Shown one piece after another: positions 46,058 to 55,691 of a DNA stretch of 64,000 nucleotides. Source of the DNA: Edaphobacter sp. (GTDB taxonomy: Bacteria > Acidobacteriota > Terriglobia > Terriglobales > Acidobacteriaceae); assembly GCA_035566575.1 (NCBI GenBank), contig DATMQZ010000007.1:102433-166432 (forward strand). The letters are read 5' to 3'. Each line of letters begins with the position of its first letter. The first letter of the stretch is position 1. The notes below the pieces were generated by a model, which did not search any database, had not been told where the DNA came from, and saw nothing but the letters and a program-made list of their open reading frames with translations. The position numbers and the translations under genes were made by a program.

Positions 46058-47440
46058 TTAGTAGCCGCCCGGATCAGCCTGGGACAGATTCTCAAACCGC
46101 GTGTAATCCGCCAGATACGCCAGATTCACACTTCCGGTCGGACCATTTCTCTGCTTGGCGATAATAATCTCCGCCTTGCCCTTCAGGTCTTCATTCTCGC
46201 GGTCGTAGTACTCCTCGCGATGGATGAAGCAAACCACGTCGGCGTCCTGTTCGATCGAACCCGACTCGCGCAGGTCGCTCAGCATCGGCTTCTTGTCTCC
46301 GCCGCGCTGCTCGCTCGAACGTGACAGCTGCGACAGCGCAATCACGGGCACCTTCATCTCCTTGGCCAGCGCCTTCAATCCACGGGAGATCGCCGAGACC
46401 TCCTGCGTCCGGTTCTCAAAACCCTTCTGGTTCGCGCCGACCGATCCCGTCATTAGCTGCAGGTAGTCGATCACGATCAAATCAAGCGCCCCATGCTGCT
46501 GCTTCAACCGCCGAGCCTTGGCTCGCATCTCGGCCAGCGTGATTCCCGGCGTATCGTCGATAAACATCTTCGACTCCATCAGCCGCTCCAACCCGCTGAT
46601 CAGCTTCTGCCGGTCATCGCGCATCAGCATGCCGGTCTGAATCGCCTTCGAGTTCACCAGGGCCTGCGATGCCAGCATTCTGCGCAGCAGGCTGGCCTTG
46701 CTCATTTCGAGCGAGAACACTGCAACAACCTTGCCCCCGCGAACCGCTGCATTCTCCGCAATATTGATCGCCCACGCCGTCTTACCCATCGAAGGCCGAG
46801 CCGCAATGATGATGAGCTCCGACTCCTGCAGACCGCTCGTCATCCGGTCGAACTCGATGTAGTGCGTCGCCAGCCCCGTAACCTCGCGCCCCTGCTCGTA
46901 CAGCGCGTCGATTGAGCCAAACGACTCCTTTACGATCGCCGTAATGTCGGAGAAGCCACCTGTAACGGCATGCTCCGATATCTCCGTCAACCGGCTCGAC
47001 ACCTGATTCAGTACGTCGATGGCCTCGCGACTCTGGTCTGAGGCCTCGACCATGCCCATGTCGCACACGGTCAACAACTGCCGCATCAGGCTCTTGTCCC
47101 GGACGATCCGGACATAGCTTTCGATGCTGAGCTTGCGCGGCAAACCCTCGCTGAGCGACGCCAGATACGGCAGTCCACCCACCGAGTCCAGCTCTTTGCG
47201 CTTGCTCAGCTGGTCTGTCACCGTCACGATATCGACGGCATGCCCGGCCTCCGCAAGCTGCAGCATTGCGCTGTAGATCTTGCGGTGTGAGTCCAGCGCA
47301 AAGTCCTCCGTCTTCAACAACATCGTCGCGTCGATGATTGCGACCGGCTCAACCAGCATCGCGCCGAGAATCGTCATCTCTGCGTGAACCGCTACGGGGC
47401 GCTCCTGTTGTTCGCCGACGATTTGTGGGTATGTAGCCAT
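46058..47440 (-). CDS. dnaB: Replicative DNA helicase
   Basis: AARPSMGKT, FSLEM, IDYLQLM, LSQLSR, SDLRESGSIEQDAD, KQRNGPTG; no intein. Confidence 0.98.
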   Translation of the reverse strand: MATYPQIVGEQQERPVAVHAEMTILGAMLVEPVAIIDATMLLKTEDFALDSHRKIYSAMLQLAEAGHAVDIVTVTDQLSKRKELDSVGGLPYLASLSEGLPRKLSIESYVRIVRDKSLMRQLLTVCDMGMVEASDQSREAIDVLNQVSSRLTEISEHAVTGGFSDITAIVKESFGSIDALYEQGREVTGLATHYIEFDRMTSGLQESELIIIAARPSMGKTAWAINIAENAAVRGGKVVAVFSLEMSKASLLRRMLASQALVNSKAIQTGMLMRDDRQKLISGLERLMESKMFIDDTPGITLAEMRAKARRLKQQHGALDLIVIDYLQLMTGSVGANQKGFENRTQEVSAISRGLKALAKEMKVPVIALSQLSRSSEQRGGDKKPMLSDLRESGSIEQDADVVCFIHREEYYDRENEDLKGKAEIIIAKQRNGPTGSVNLAYLADYTRFENLSQADPGGY

Positions 47441-47443
47441 CTG

Positions 47444-47533
47444 TGTGTCAGAATCTGTGCAAGAAAATGTGCATGAATCTGTCTAAAGCTTAGCGACTAT
47501 CCCCTTGAGGAAGACTCTACAGTCTGTGGAAAC
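47444..47533. promoter_or_regulatory. Phased degenerate DnaA-box-like array upstream of dnaB
   Basis: TGTGTCAGAATC/TGTGCAAGAAAA/TGTGCATGAATC/TGTCTAAAGCTT at 12-bp period, plus TGTGGAAAC. Confidence 0.4.
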
Positions 47534-47626
47534 CGAGGAAAATCCGGCAATCCAGGCAATTCGCGCTCTCGTTCCTGCGGACCATTCCTAAAGCATTGTA
47601 GGCTTTAGGAAGAGGTCATTAAAACC

Positions 47627-47926
47627 ATGGGTTCCGAGAAAGTACTGAGCATTCCACCCGTCGCCCAGCGCGACAAGGCCTCCTTTGAAGTCCTCCGCGT
47701 CTGGATCGCCGAGCAAGGCCAACACGTTAGCATCCGCAGCGGCGCCTGGGATGATCCATTCGCATGGGGAATCGTCCTCGCCGATCTCGCCCGGCACATC
47801 GCATTAGCGCATGAGATGCAGGACGAGAAGATCGACAAGAAGGCTTTTCTCGAGCGTCTCCTGGAAGGTTTCAGCGCCGAGATTGACAGCCCCACCGACG
47901 AACCTGAAGGCGAAGTCACCCACTAG
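47627..47926 (+). CDS. DUF5076 family protein
   Basis: EVLRVWIA..QHVS...WGIVLADLARHIA. Confidence 0.8.
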   Translation: MGSEKVLSIPPVAQRDKASFEVLRVWIAEQGQHVSIRSGAWDDPFAWGIVLADLARHIALAHEMQDEKIDKKAFLERLLEGFSAEIDSPTDEPEGEVTH

Positions 47927-47943
47927 TCGCCCTCGGGCACAGT

Positions 47944-48687
47944 CTACTCGTCAAACAAGCTCGGCGTCTCCTCAAAAAGTTCCCTTAGAAAACCATCTCG
48001 GTGGTTTACAAAGTGACGCACAATCTGTACAGGAGCCGCCTCTTCGTAATTGATCTGGTGAAGATTCCCGTCGTCGAAGGAGATAATCTGCGCGTTCGGA
48101 TAGCCAAGCAATACTGGTGAGTGTGTAGAAATGATGAACTGGGCATCCTTGTATTTCTTCAAGGTATCGTGGATTAGAACCATAAAGGACAGTTGACGCT
48201 GAGGCGAGAGCGCCGCTTCAGGCTCATCCAAAAGAAAAAGCCCATTGTGCCGAAATTTATTTGTGAGAAGCGTAAAGAAACTTTCGCCGTGAGATTGGGC
48301 GTGAAGACTTCTACCACCGTAGTAACGTTCGACACCCAGGCTGTCAACCGCAGAAGCCGTATTGAAAAAACTCTCTGCGCGAAGGAAAAATCCCGCGCCA
48401 GTACGCTTGTCGAATGACAAACGAAGCGCTCGAACTAGAGCATCGGTAGAGTGATTATGTTCGGTGGTATCGTTTTGCAGGTTGCGATTCCCACCCTCCG
48501 GGCCAAAACCATAGTGAGCCGCAATAGCTTCAAGCAAAGTCGATTTACCCGTGCCATTCTCACCGGCAAAGAAGACAATGCGCGATTCGAGATTCAGTTC
48601 AGCAAGCCCCTTGATCGTAGGGACAAAGAAGGGATAAATCGTCCAGTCTTCAACTCGGTCGCGAAGCAAGGTTATTTTCTTAAGCAA
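47944..48687 (-). CDS. Predicted AAA/ABC-type ATPase (COG3910-like)
   Basis: GENGTGKSTLLEAIA, FFLRAESF, SHGESF, LDEPEAALSP, STHSP. Confidence 0.9.
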   Translation of the reverse strand: MLKKITLLRDRVEDWTIYPFFVPTIKGLAELNLESRIVFFAGENGTGKSTLLEAIAAHYGFGPEGGNRNLQNDTTEHNHSTDALVRALRLSFDKRTGAGFFLRAESFFNTASAVDSLGVERYYGGRSLHAQSHGESFFTLLTNKFRHNGLFLLDEPEAALSPQRQLSFMVLIHDTLKKYKDAQFIISTHSPVLLGYPNAQIISFDDGNLHQINYEEAAPVQIVRHFVNHRDGFLRELFEETPSLFDE

Positions 48688-48689
48688 GG

Positions 48690-48745
48690 AAAGCCTCGAA
48701 TGCCTATAAGACTAGCGGATTCGAGGCTTTGCATTCTTTCTTTTT
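48690..48745. terminator. Hairpin downstream of msrA
   Basis: AAAGCCTCGAAT...ATTCGAGGCTTT. Confidence 0.45.
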
Positions 48746-48764
48746 AACTGCCGATGTTGAAGTT

Positions 48765-49451
48765 TCAATGCCCCTTATACGTCTGAAACAAATCCGGAAA
48801 CTGAGCCTTTAGCGCCGCGATCTTCGGCACATCGCAAACCTGAATATAAGGATTATCCGGATTCTTCAACGCATAATCCTGGTGATAGTCCTCGCCCGCA
48901 TAGAAGCCCTTCAGCGGGACCACCTGCGTCACAATCTTCGCCGGAAACACCTTCGCCGCATCCAACTGCGCGATGTAAGCCTCGGCAATCTTCTTCTGCT
49001 CATCGCTCGTATAAAAAATCGCCGACCGGTACGACGTGCCCACATCCGGGCCTTGTCGGTTCAACTGCGTCGGATCGTGCGCCGCGCTAAAAAAGATCCG
49101 CAACAAAGTTCCATACGAGATCTTCGCGGGATCGAACACAATCTCTAACGACTCGGCGTGTCCCGTCGTCTCCGTCGTCACCTGCGCGTATGTGGCCGTC
49201 TCAGCCGATCCACCCGCGTAACCGGCTGTGGTCTTTTCCACGCCCTTCACCCGCTGAAATACCGCCTGCGTTCCCCAGAAGCATCCACCCGCAAACACTG
49301 CCTTTTCATGATGTGCCGCAGTTTTCGGCTCATCCACCACCGCCGCCGGAATCGGCTCTTTACGCTCTGCCGCAAAAGCTCCCATCGAAACCCTCCTCCA
49401 GCCAAACCACGTCAATCCAAGCAAAACCAAGATCGCTAGAAAGATTTTCAT
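48765..49451 (-). CDS. msrA: Peptide methionine sulfoxide reductase A with N-terminal export signal
   Basis: FAGGCFWG, GYAGG, TGHAE, HDPTQLNRQGPDVGTSYRS, EDYHQDY. Confidence 0.96.
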   Translation of the reverse strand: MKIFLAILVLLGLTWFGWRRVSMGAFAAERKEPIPAAVVDEPKTAAHHEKAVFAGGCFWGTQAVFQRVKGVEKTTAGYAGGSAETATYAQVTTETTGHAESLEIVFDPAKISYGTLLRIFFSAAHDPTQLNRQGPDVGTSYRSAIFYTSDEQKKIAEAYIAQLDAAKVFPAKIVTQVVPLKGFYAGEDYHQDYALKNPDNPYIQVCDVPKIAALKAQFPDLFQTYKGH

Positions 49452-49505
49452 CTTCGCCTCGTGCATCTTCCGATTAGATGCGGCGCCGTTGCAGAAGTAA
49501 CAGAC

Positions 49506-51491
49506 CTAGCCCACTGCCTGGCGCTTGCCCTGGATCTCGATATACACGTGAATCAGGCTGATCGCCGCGGGCGTCACACCCGCGATCCTGCTCGCCTGGC
49601 CCAGCGTTTGGGGCCTCACCCGCGACAGCACCTGCTTCATCTCCGTCGACAACCCGCTCACCGAGCTGTAGTCGAACCACTCCGGAATCGCCCGCCGCTC
49701 CGCCTTCTTCATCTTCTCCATCGAGCGCTTTTGCTGGTCGAGATACCCGGAGTATTTGATCTCCGTCTCCACCGTCTTCATCTCGTTCCGCACCCAGTTC
49801 GGCAGCCTCTCGGCGGACTCGATCGCCTCAACCCACGGGCGCAACACCTCACCCGCCTCAGCCAGCCTCTTCTTCAGCAACGGTGCAAGCTCCTCAATCG
49901 GAACCTCGGGCCGCTTCAGCAACTGCGTAAACGTCTGCCCCGTCACGCTTGCGGCATCGCCATCCATCCGCGCCAGCAGGCCCTCCTGCAACTCCTCGGC
50001 CCGTACACGAGCCGTCTCCAGCAGCGTCTCGAACGCCACCGCCCGCGCCTGCTTCGCCTCGTAGTCGGCCCACGCCGCATCATCAATCAGCCCCAGCCGA
50101 CGTCCATGCGGAGTCAGCCTGCGGTCCGCATTATCAATTCGCAGATGCAGCCGAAACTCAGCGCGCGAAGTAAACATCCGATAAGGCTCGTTCGTCCCCT
50201 TGCTGATCAAATCATCAATCAGGATGCCCGTATAAGCCTCGGTACGATCGAGCGTAAATCCGGCCTCGCCCTTTACCGACAGCGCCGCATTGATCCCCGC
50301 CATCAGGCCCTGGCATGCAGCCTCTTCATACCCGCTCGTGCCGTTGATCTGCCCGGCAAGATACAGGCCATCGTACTTCTTCACCTTCAGCGTCCGGTCC
50401 AGCTCCGTCGGATCGATCGCGTCGTACTCAATCGCATATCCGGGCCGCAGCATCTCCGCATGCTCAAGTCCCGGAATCGACCGCACCATCGCCGCCTGAA
50501 TCTCCATCGGCAGGCTCGTGCTCATGCCGTTGATGTAGACCTCGTGCGTATTCAAACCCTCCGGCTCCAGGAAGAACTGATGCCGCGTCTTTTCCGGAAA
50601 CCGCACAATCTTGTCTTCAATCGAAGGACAATACCTCGGCCCAATCGCCTCAATCTGCCCCGTGTACATCGGCGACCGGTGCACGTTCTCGCGAATCAGT
50701 CGCAGCGTCTCCGGCGTCGTATGGGCAATGTGGCAGTTGATCTGTCGCAGCGGCAGCGCCCCGCCCTTTGCAAACGGAGAGCGAAAACTGAACGGCGTAG
50801 GATCGACATCCCCCGGCTGCTCCTGAAACTGTGTCCAATCAATCGTGCGCCCATCCAGCCGCGGGGGAGTCCCCGTCTTCAACCGGCACTCCCGCAAACC
50901 AAGTCGCTTCAGACTCTCACCCAGCAAAACACTGGCCGGCTCGCCACTCCGCCCCGCCGTGTACTGCTGCTCTCCACAATGAATCAAACCGTTTAAAAAC
51001 GTTCCAGTAGTAACGATCGTCGCCCCGGCAATAACCACCCGACCATCCCGCAGCTTCAACCCGCTGACCCGCTGACTCGCTGACTCGCCGACTCGCTCCA
51101 CAACCAGATCCACAACCTCAGCCTGCTTGATAAACAGATTCTTCTGCCCCTCAAGCACCTCACGCATCCGAACCCGATACAGCGCCTTATCGCACTGCGC
51201 CCTCGGAGACCAAACCGCCGGCCCCCGGCTCGTATTCAACAACCGAAACTGAATCCCGCAGGCATCCGCAACCTCACCCATCACGCCACCCAGTGCATCC
51301 ACCTCCCGCACCAGATGTCCCTTGGCAATCCCGCCAATCGCCGGATTACAACTCATCTGCGCAATCAAATCCAGATTCAGCGTAAAGATGGCCGTGCGCA
51401 GCCCCATCCGAGCCGCAGCGACAGCCGCCTCACACCCGGCATGTCCCGCGCCTACAACCACAACGTCGTACTGTTCCGTAAAAGCCATCAC
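49506..51491 (-). CDS. mnmG: tRNA uridine-5-carboxymethylaminomethyl(34) synthesis enzyme
   Basis: [62 protein letters not shown]. Confidence 0.98.
   Translation of the reverse strand: MMAFTEQYDVVVVGAGHAGCEAAVAAARMGLRTAIFTLNLDLIAQMSCNPAIGGIAKGHLVREVDALGGVMGEVADACGIQFRLLNTSRGPAVWSPRAQCDKALYRVRMREVLEGQKNLFIKQAEVVDLVVERVGESASQRVSGLKLRDGRVVIAGATIVTTGTFLNGLIHCGEQQYTAGRSGEPASVLLGESLKRLGLRECRLKTGTPPRLDGRTIDWTQFQEQPGDVDPTPFSFRSPFAKGGALPLRQINCHIAHTTPETLRLIRENVHRSPMYTGQIEAIGPRYCPSIEDKIVRFPEKTRHQFFLEPEGLNTHEVYINGMSTSLPMEIQAAMVRSIPGLEHAEMLRPGYAIEYDAIDPTELDRTLKVKKYDGLYLAGQINGTSGYEEAACQGLMAGINAALSVKGEAGFTLDRTEAYTGILIDDLISKGTNEPYRMFTSRAEFRLHLRIDNADRRLTPHGRRLGLIDDAAWADYEAKQARAVAFETLLETARVRAEELQEGLLARMDGDAASVTGQTFTQLLKRPEVPIEELAPLLKKRLAEAGEVLRPWVEAIESAERLPNWVRNEMKTVETEIKYSGYLDQQKRSMEKMKKAERRAIPEWFDYSSVSGLSTEMKQVLSRVRPQTLGQASRIAGVTPAAISLIHVYIEIQGKRQAVG
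51061..51097 (-). repeat. 8-bp tandem repeat (GCGAGTCA x4+) inserted in frame in mnmG
   Basis: GCGAGTCG GCGAGTCA GCGAGTCA GCGGGTCA GCGG, encoding [12 protein letters not shown]. Confidence 0.75.
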
Positions 51492-51518
51492 CCTTTATTC
51501 TACTGGGTTTGACTCTCT

Positions 51519-52703
51519 TCACACCATTTGTTCAGCATGTTCCGTTTGATGCGAAGGAATTCGAGCACCTCGCAAACGGCGATTCATCGGCTCCGAGAAC
51601 CATCGTGCGACAAAGGCGCCAACCATCAGGGATAGCATCACTATGGCTGCAATCCATAATGGCCCCGGGCCACGCCGCAGCTTGAGATAAAGCAAGGTCA
51701 TCCACACCACAACGAACTCATGCGTCAGATAAATCTCGTAACTGCGACGACCGATCCAACGAATCGGTTCACTCCACGACCTGCCTTTATGTCCGTTGAG
51801 TACCGAGCCAAATATGACAAAGCATGTCCCCAGCGCCAGAATTGTGCCGTCCAGTCCCGTCCGGCCAACCGTCTCCATCCAATGCCAATGCGGCCATGCA
51901 AAGATCAGAACCATCAGCGCAGCTCCGACAATCTGAATCGCCACTGGAAGGCGTGTTCCGATTTGCACACGATCTCGCTGCAATCGCTCCGTAAGCAGCG
52001 CCGTCAGGCATCCCAAAGCAATACCATCCATGCCCCCAAGATAGGACTTCTCCTGCCAGATCTCGTTTGAGGTCCAGACTGTGCGCGCAAAGGGTCCCAT
52101 TCCTATAAAAAGAACAAGCGCCAGAACGAAGAACAATGTCCCACGTTGCCAACGCAAAAATAAAAGACACGCTAGCGGAAAAAACAGATAGAACATCTCT
52201 TCAACCGAGAGAGACCACAGCACATCCCAATTCGCGGGCAGAAATCCGCGCTTGGCTTCGAGCCAATTCAGATGAAACGTAAGCGTCGAAAATACCGCCA
52301 GCGGCAAACTGCCGCGCGACGGCGGAATGCGAAAACCTTCCGCATGCATCAGGTGCAGCAAGCTGAGCACAGCCAGTGTGAGGATAAGCAGAGGTGCGAT
52401 GCGAGCAAATCGAATGCGATAAAAAGCTGCGACACGCATTCTTGCGAGCGCTCCAAAACGACGCAGCGATGTAAACGTAATGAGAAAGCCCGAGACCGCA
52501 AAGAAAACAGTCACGCCATTGTTGCCATTTGTAAAGAGAACCTCGAAGAGCCACCGCGGCATCAGTGGTTCGATCGAGTGCCCCGCAAAAAACAGCCGCA
52601 GATGGGCATGAAGCAATACAACTGCCAGGATGGAGAGGCCTCGCAAGGCATCGACTCCATCGAAGCGTGCCACCGGAAGATCCGCACCGTCAATTGATTG
52701 CAT
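51519..52703 (-). CDS. Acyltransferase-3 (OafA-like) membrane protein
   Basis: DALRG, GVTVFFAVSGFLIT, FYRIRFARI, WSLSVEEMFY, IGRRSYEIYLTH. Confidence 0.92.
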   Translation of the reverse strand: MQSIDGADLPVARFDGVDALRGLSILAVVLLHAHLRLFFAGHSIEPLMPRWLFEVLFTNGNNGVTVFFAVSGFLITFTSLRRFGALARMRVAAFYRIRFARIAPLLILTLAVLSLLHLMHAEGFRIPPSRGSLPLAVFSTLTFHLNWLEAKRGFLPANWDVLWSLSVEEMFYLFFPLACLLFLRWQRGTLFFVLALVLFIGMGPFARTVWTSNEIWQEKSYLGGMDGIALGCLTALLTERLQRDRVQIGTRLPVAIQIVGAALMVLIFAWPHWHWMETVGRTGLDGTILALGTCFVIFGSVLNGHKGRSWSEPIRWIGRRSYEIYLTHEFVVVWMTLLYLKLRRGPGPLWIAAIVMLSLMVGAFVARWFSEPMNRRLRGARIPSHQTEHAEQMV

Positions 52704-52824
52704 ACTGCATTATGCGTGGTATTTCAGCAGAATTAAAACCTTCCTGTCTTCTTCGATAAATGACAACCAAGCTGCTAATTGGTTACGCTCGGCGAAAATT
52801 AAGATTTGCGGCAAGTACCTTCTC

Positions 52825-52862
52825 TACAATCGCCGCATGACCCTACGACGCCTTTTTCTCTC
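52825..52862 (+). repeat. Direct repeat D: orphan copy of the promoter and first codons of the hydrolase at 53473
   Basis: 32/38 identical to 53461-53498; MTLRRLFLS vs MILRRFLLS. Confidence 0.75.
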
Positions 52863-52949
52863 AGCTTCACGAAGGACGTGCGCTGTGTTTTGATGCTGTC
52901 CTTAGACGGCTTGAATTGGAAAATACACTTCAGTCTTCGAGATTCTCAG

Positions 52950-53270
52950 TCAGTCCGCACCGAAGCCCGTCAACAAAGCTGTCGCTGCGAACAGTAAGGT
53001 ATCGCCCACATAATTGACCCCTTCCACTGCAAGCGGAGAACGAATCTCCAATATGAGGATCGGAACGTAGAAGAAGACCGTGAGTAGCAGAAGCACTACG
53101 CCCGCAAAGGCAGCGGCAGTGCGACGAGTGCGGCGAATCATCAGCCCAACGCCTGCAACGAGCAAAGTTGTACCAACGATATAGGCAAGCAGCGTTGGCG
53201 CTGGCACCCAGGCCGGTGTCATCTTTTCCAGCGGAACACCGGGAACGAACCGGGGAAAGAGAAAGTGCTT
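52950..53270 (-). pseudogene. 3' half of a DoxX-like membrane protein
   Basis: KHFLFPRFVPGVPLEKMTPAWVP...NYVGDTLLFA; no start codon, in-frame stop just upstream. Confidence 0.6.
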
Positions 53271-53472
53271 CCCGCTCTAATCATCCCCTCGGCTATCACA
53301 GGCATAGATGTCTCCCTGTTGTCGAGGACGAAACAGAGGCCGGATCACGGCCCGTCCCATGCGGGATCCATCCAGGTCACACGACGCACGAGTGAGGAAA
53401 ATCTTACATGGTTCTCGATAACTTCATCCAAAGTCATCTGATATCTCCATGGTCTCTCATTACAATCACCGC

Positions 53473-54381
53473 ATGATCTTACGACGCTTCCTTCTCTCTG
53501 CAGCCCTGCTCAGCGCATCGGTCTCCATCGTCGTACCCACGCACGCCCAGTCCGCCATCACCACCGATCCAGCGCCCGACAAGCAAAACCCAGCCGCCAT
53601 GCAGTCCTTCCAGCTCCCCAGCCATGGAGCCCTCCTCAACGCGCTCATCTACATCGCGCCTGGCGCCGGGCCGCACCCGACCGTCATTCTTCTCCACGGA
53701 TTCCCTGGCAATGAGAAGAACCTCGACCTCGCCCAGACCCTTCGCCGCGCGGGCTGCGACGTGCTCTATTTCAACTACCGCGGATCATGGGGCTCGCCCG
53801 GCGACTTCTCCCTGACCCACTCCATCGAGGACACGCAATCGGCCATCGCCTTCATGCGCGATCCCGCTAACGCCAAAAAATTCCGTGTTGATCCATCGAA
53901 CATCATTCTGATTGGCCACAGCATGGGCGGATTCATGGCGCGATATGCTGCCGCGCAGGATCCGTCCATTAAAGCCGTCGCTCTCATCTCCGCAGCCGAC
54001 ATGTCAGTCGATACCGTTGAGTCGCTCAAGCCCGAGCAGCGAAAGGCCGCCGTTAATCCCATCGCAAAAGACCTCGCTGCCGAAGGCATGGCTCCGCTCG
54101 CAGGTGTCACGCCCCAAAGTCTTGCCGAGGAGATCGTCGCCAACGCCGACGGATGGAACGTCCCCAACCTTGCACCCAAACTCGCCACCCGGCCTATCCT
54201 TGTCATCACTTCCGACGACGGCTTAGTTCCATCGAATGACGCCTTTCTCGCGGCCCTGCGCAAAGCGGGTGGTAGGCAGGCAACCACGCTCCACTTGACC
54301 ACCGACCACGCCTACTCCGACCACCGCATCGCGCTCCAGCAAGCTATCCTCGACTTCCTCAGCCACCAGCAGCAAAACTAA
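53473..54381 (+). CDS. Secreted alpha/beta hydrolase
   Basis: Signal peptide; LHGFPGNE, YRGSWGS, GHSMGG, TDHAYS; TACAAT-N6-ATG. Confidence 0.9.
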   Translation: MILRRFLLSAALLSASVSIVVPTHAQSAITTDPAPDKQNPAAMQSFQLPSHGALLNALIYIAPGAGPHPTVILLHGFPGNEKNLDLAQTLRRAGCDVLYFNYRGSWGSPGDFSLTHSIEDTQSAIAFMRDPANAKKFRVDPSNIILIGHSMGGFMARYAAAQDPSIKAVALISAADMSVDTVESLKPEQRKAAVNPIAKDLAAEGMAPLAGVTPQSLAEEIVANADGWNVPNLAPKLATRPILVITSDDGLVPSNDAFLAALRKAGGRQATTLHLTTDHAYSDHRIALQQAILDFLSHQQQN

Positions 54382-54471
54382 GCGGCGTATCAAACAATCC
54401 TTGTCTCTCCCTGCATCTAAGTTCGGGGAGAGATAAGGTACTCCTGCACCTGTGCCAAACTACCGTTAGCT

Positions 54472-55617
54472 ATGCAACTACCCTTCTCCATCGCGGAGCA
54501 CTTCCACCACCCCTGGTTCTTCGCCATCTTTCTGTTCTGCGGCGTCATCGTCATCGCCAACATCGCGCATTACGTTATCTTCCGCATCCTCCGCCGCAAA
54601 GAAGCCGAACACAAGATCATGGGATGGGGCATTCGGAAGTACCTCAGCCATCCTGCGCGCGCGATCTTCTTCATTACCTGTCTACGCATCGTTCTGCCGG
54701 CCATTCCAAGGATTCCCGATAACATCGCGCATATCCTTCGCCAGGGTATCGCCATGGCGCTCGTCATCGCACTCGGATGGTTCGCCATCGGCTGCATCTA
54801 TGCCTTCCAGGCCGCTACGCTACGCCGCTACGACCTCGCAGTTTTAAACAATCTCCAGGCGCGACGTGTTCATACTCAGTTCCAGCTCTTCCGCCGAATG
54901 CTCATCTTCCTCATCGTCATTGTGACGATCGGCGCTCTTCTCTGGACCTTCAACGATGCCACCGTCCTGCGCTGGGGCTCCGGTCTTCTGGCCTCTGCCG
55001 GCGTCGCTTCGGTTATCCTCGCCACCGCAGCCCGTTCCACCGCAGCCAACCTCTTTGCCGGCCTCCAGATCGCATTCACCGAACCCATTCACGTCGATGA
55101 CGTTGTCGTCATCCAGGGCGAGTGGGGCCGCGTCGAAGAGATCAACTCCGCCTACGTCGTCGTCAAGATCTGGGATCTCCGCCGCCTCATTGTTCCCTTG
55201 AGCTTCTTTATCGAAAACTCCTTCCAGAACTGGACGCGCGACTCCGCCGACATCTTGGGCACGGCCTTCCTCTACGTCGACTACTCCATCCCGGTAGAGG
55301 CTCTGCGCCAGCAACTCAACACTATAGTCAGCGCCTCGGCGCTCTGGGACAGACGAACCTGCGTCCTCCAGGTGACCAATCTCACCGAACGCGCCATGGA
55401 GGTCCGCTGTCTGATGAGCTCCCGCAACTCCGGCGAGAGCTTCGACCTCCGCTGCCTCGTGCGCGAGCAGATGACCTCATGGATTCAGCAGAATTACCCC
55501 AACGCCTTCCCCACCACCCGCTTCTCCGCCGTCTCCGAAATCCCCGTCCGCACCTCCCCCGACTCACCCCAGCCAGCACCCGAAAATTCATTCCCCGCCC
55601 GCCTTCCTCGAAACTAG
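54472..55617 (+). CDS. Small-conductance mechanosensitive channel (MscS family)
   Basis: LLASAG, NLFAGLQIA, GEWGRVEEI, WDLRRLIVP, FQNW, DLRCLVRE. Confidence 0.92.
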   Translation: MQLPFSIAEHFHHPWFFAIFLFCGVIVIANIAHYVIFRILRRKEAEHKIMGWGIRKYLSHPARAIFFITCLRIVLPAIPRIPDNIAHILRQGIAMALVIALGWFAIGCIYAFQAATLRRYDLAVLNNLQARRVHTQFQLFRRMLIFLIVIVTIGALLWTFNDATVLRWGSGLLASAGVASVILATAARSTAANLFAGLQIAFTEPIHVDDVVVIQGEWGRVEEINSAYVVVKIWDLRRLIVPLSFFIENSFQNWTRDSADILGTAFLYVDYSIPVEALRQQLNTIVSASALWDRRTCVLQVTNLTERAMEVRCLMSSRNSGESFDLRCLVREQMTSWIQQNYPNAFPTTRFSAVSEIPVRTSPDSPQPAPENSFPARLPRN

Positions 55618-55691
55618 TAGACTCAGCTCGTCGTATCTCACAACGCGAACTATCTCCGGCCCCGCATCAAAAGCCGCTATTAGGAGACCCA

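Noticed and set aside
49461-50996. Long antisense ORFs (511 aa opposite mnmG; others opposite clpB, GH9, GH35, DUF2252, SGNH)
   Set aside because: Shadow ORFs of GC-rich genes with no recognisable motifs.
46058-51491. oriC near mnmG/dnaB
   Set aside because: No dnaA, dnaN or parAB, no consensus DnaA-box cluster and no large AT-rich unwinding region.
55122-55691. N-terminal 190 aa of the 628-aa ORF
   Set aside because: Overlaps mscS in another frame; the real start is ATG 55692 with an AGGAG RBS and signal peptide.
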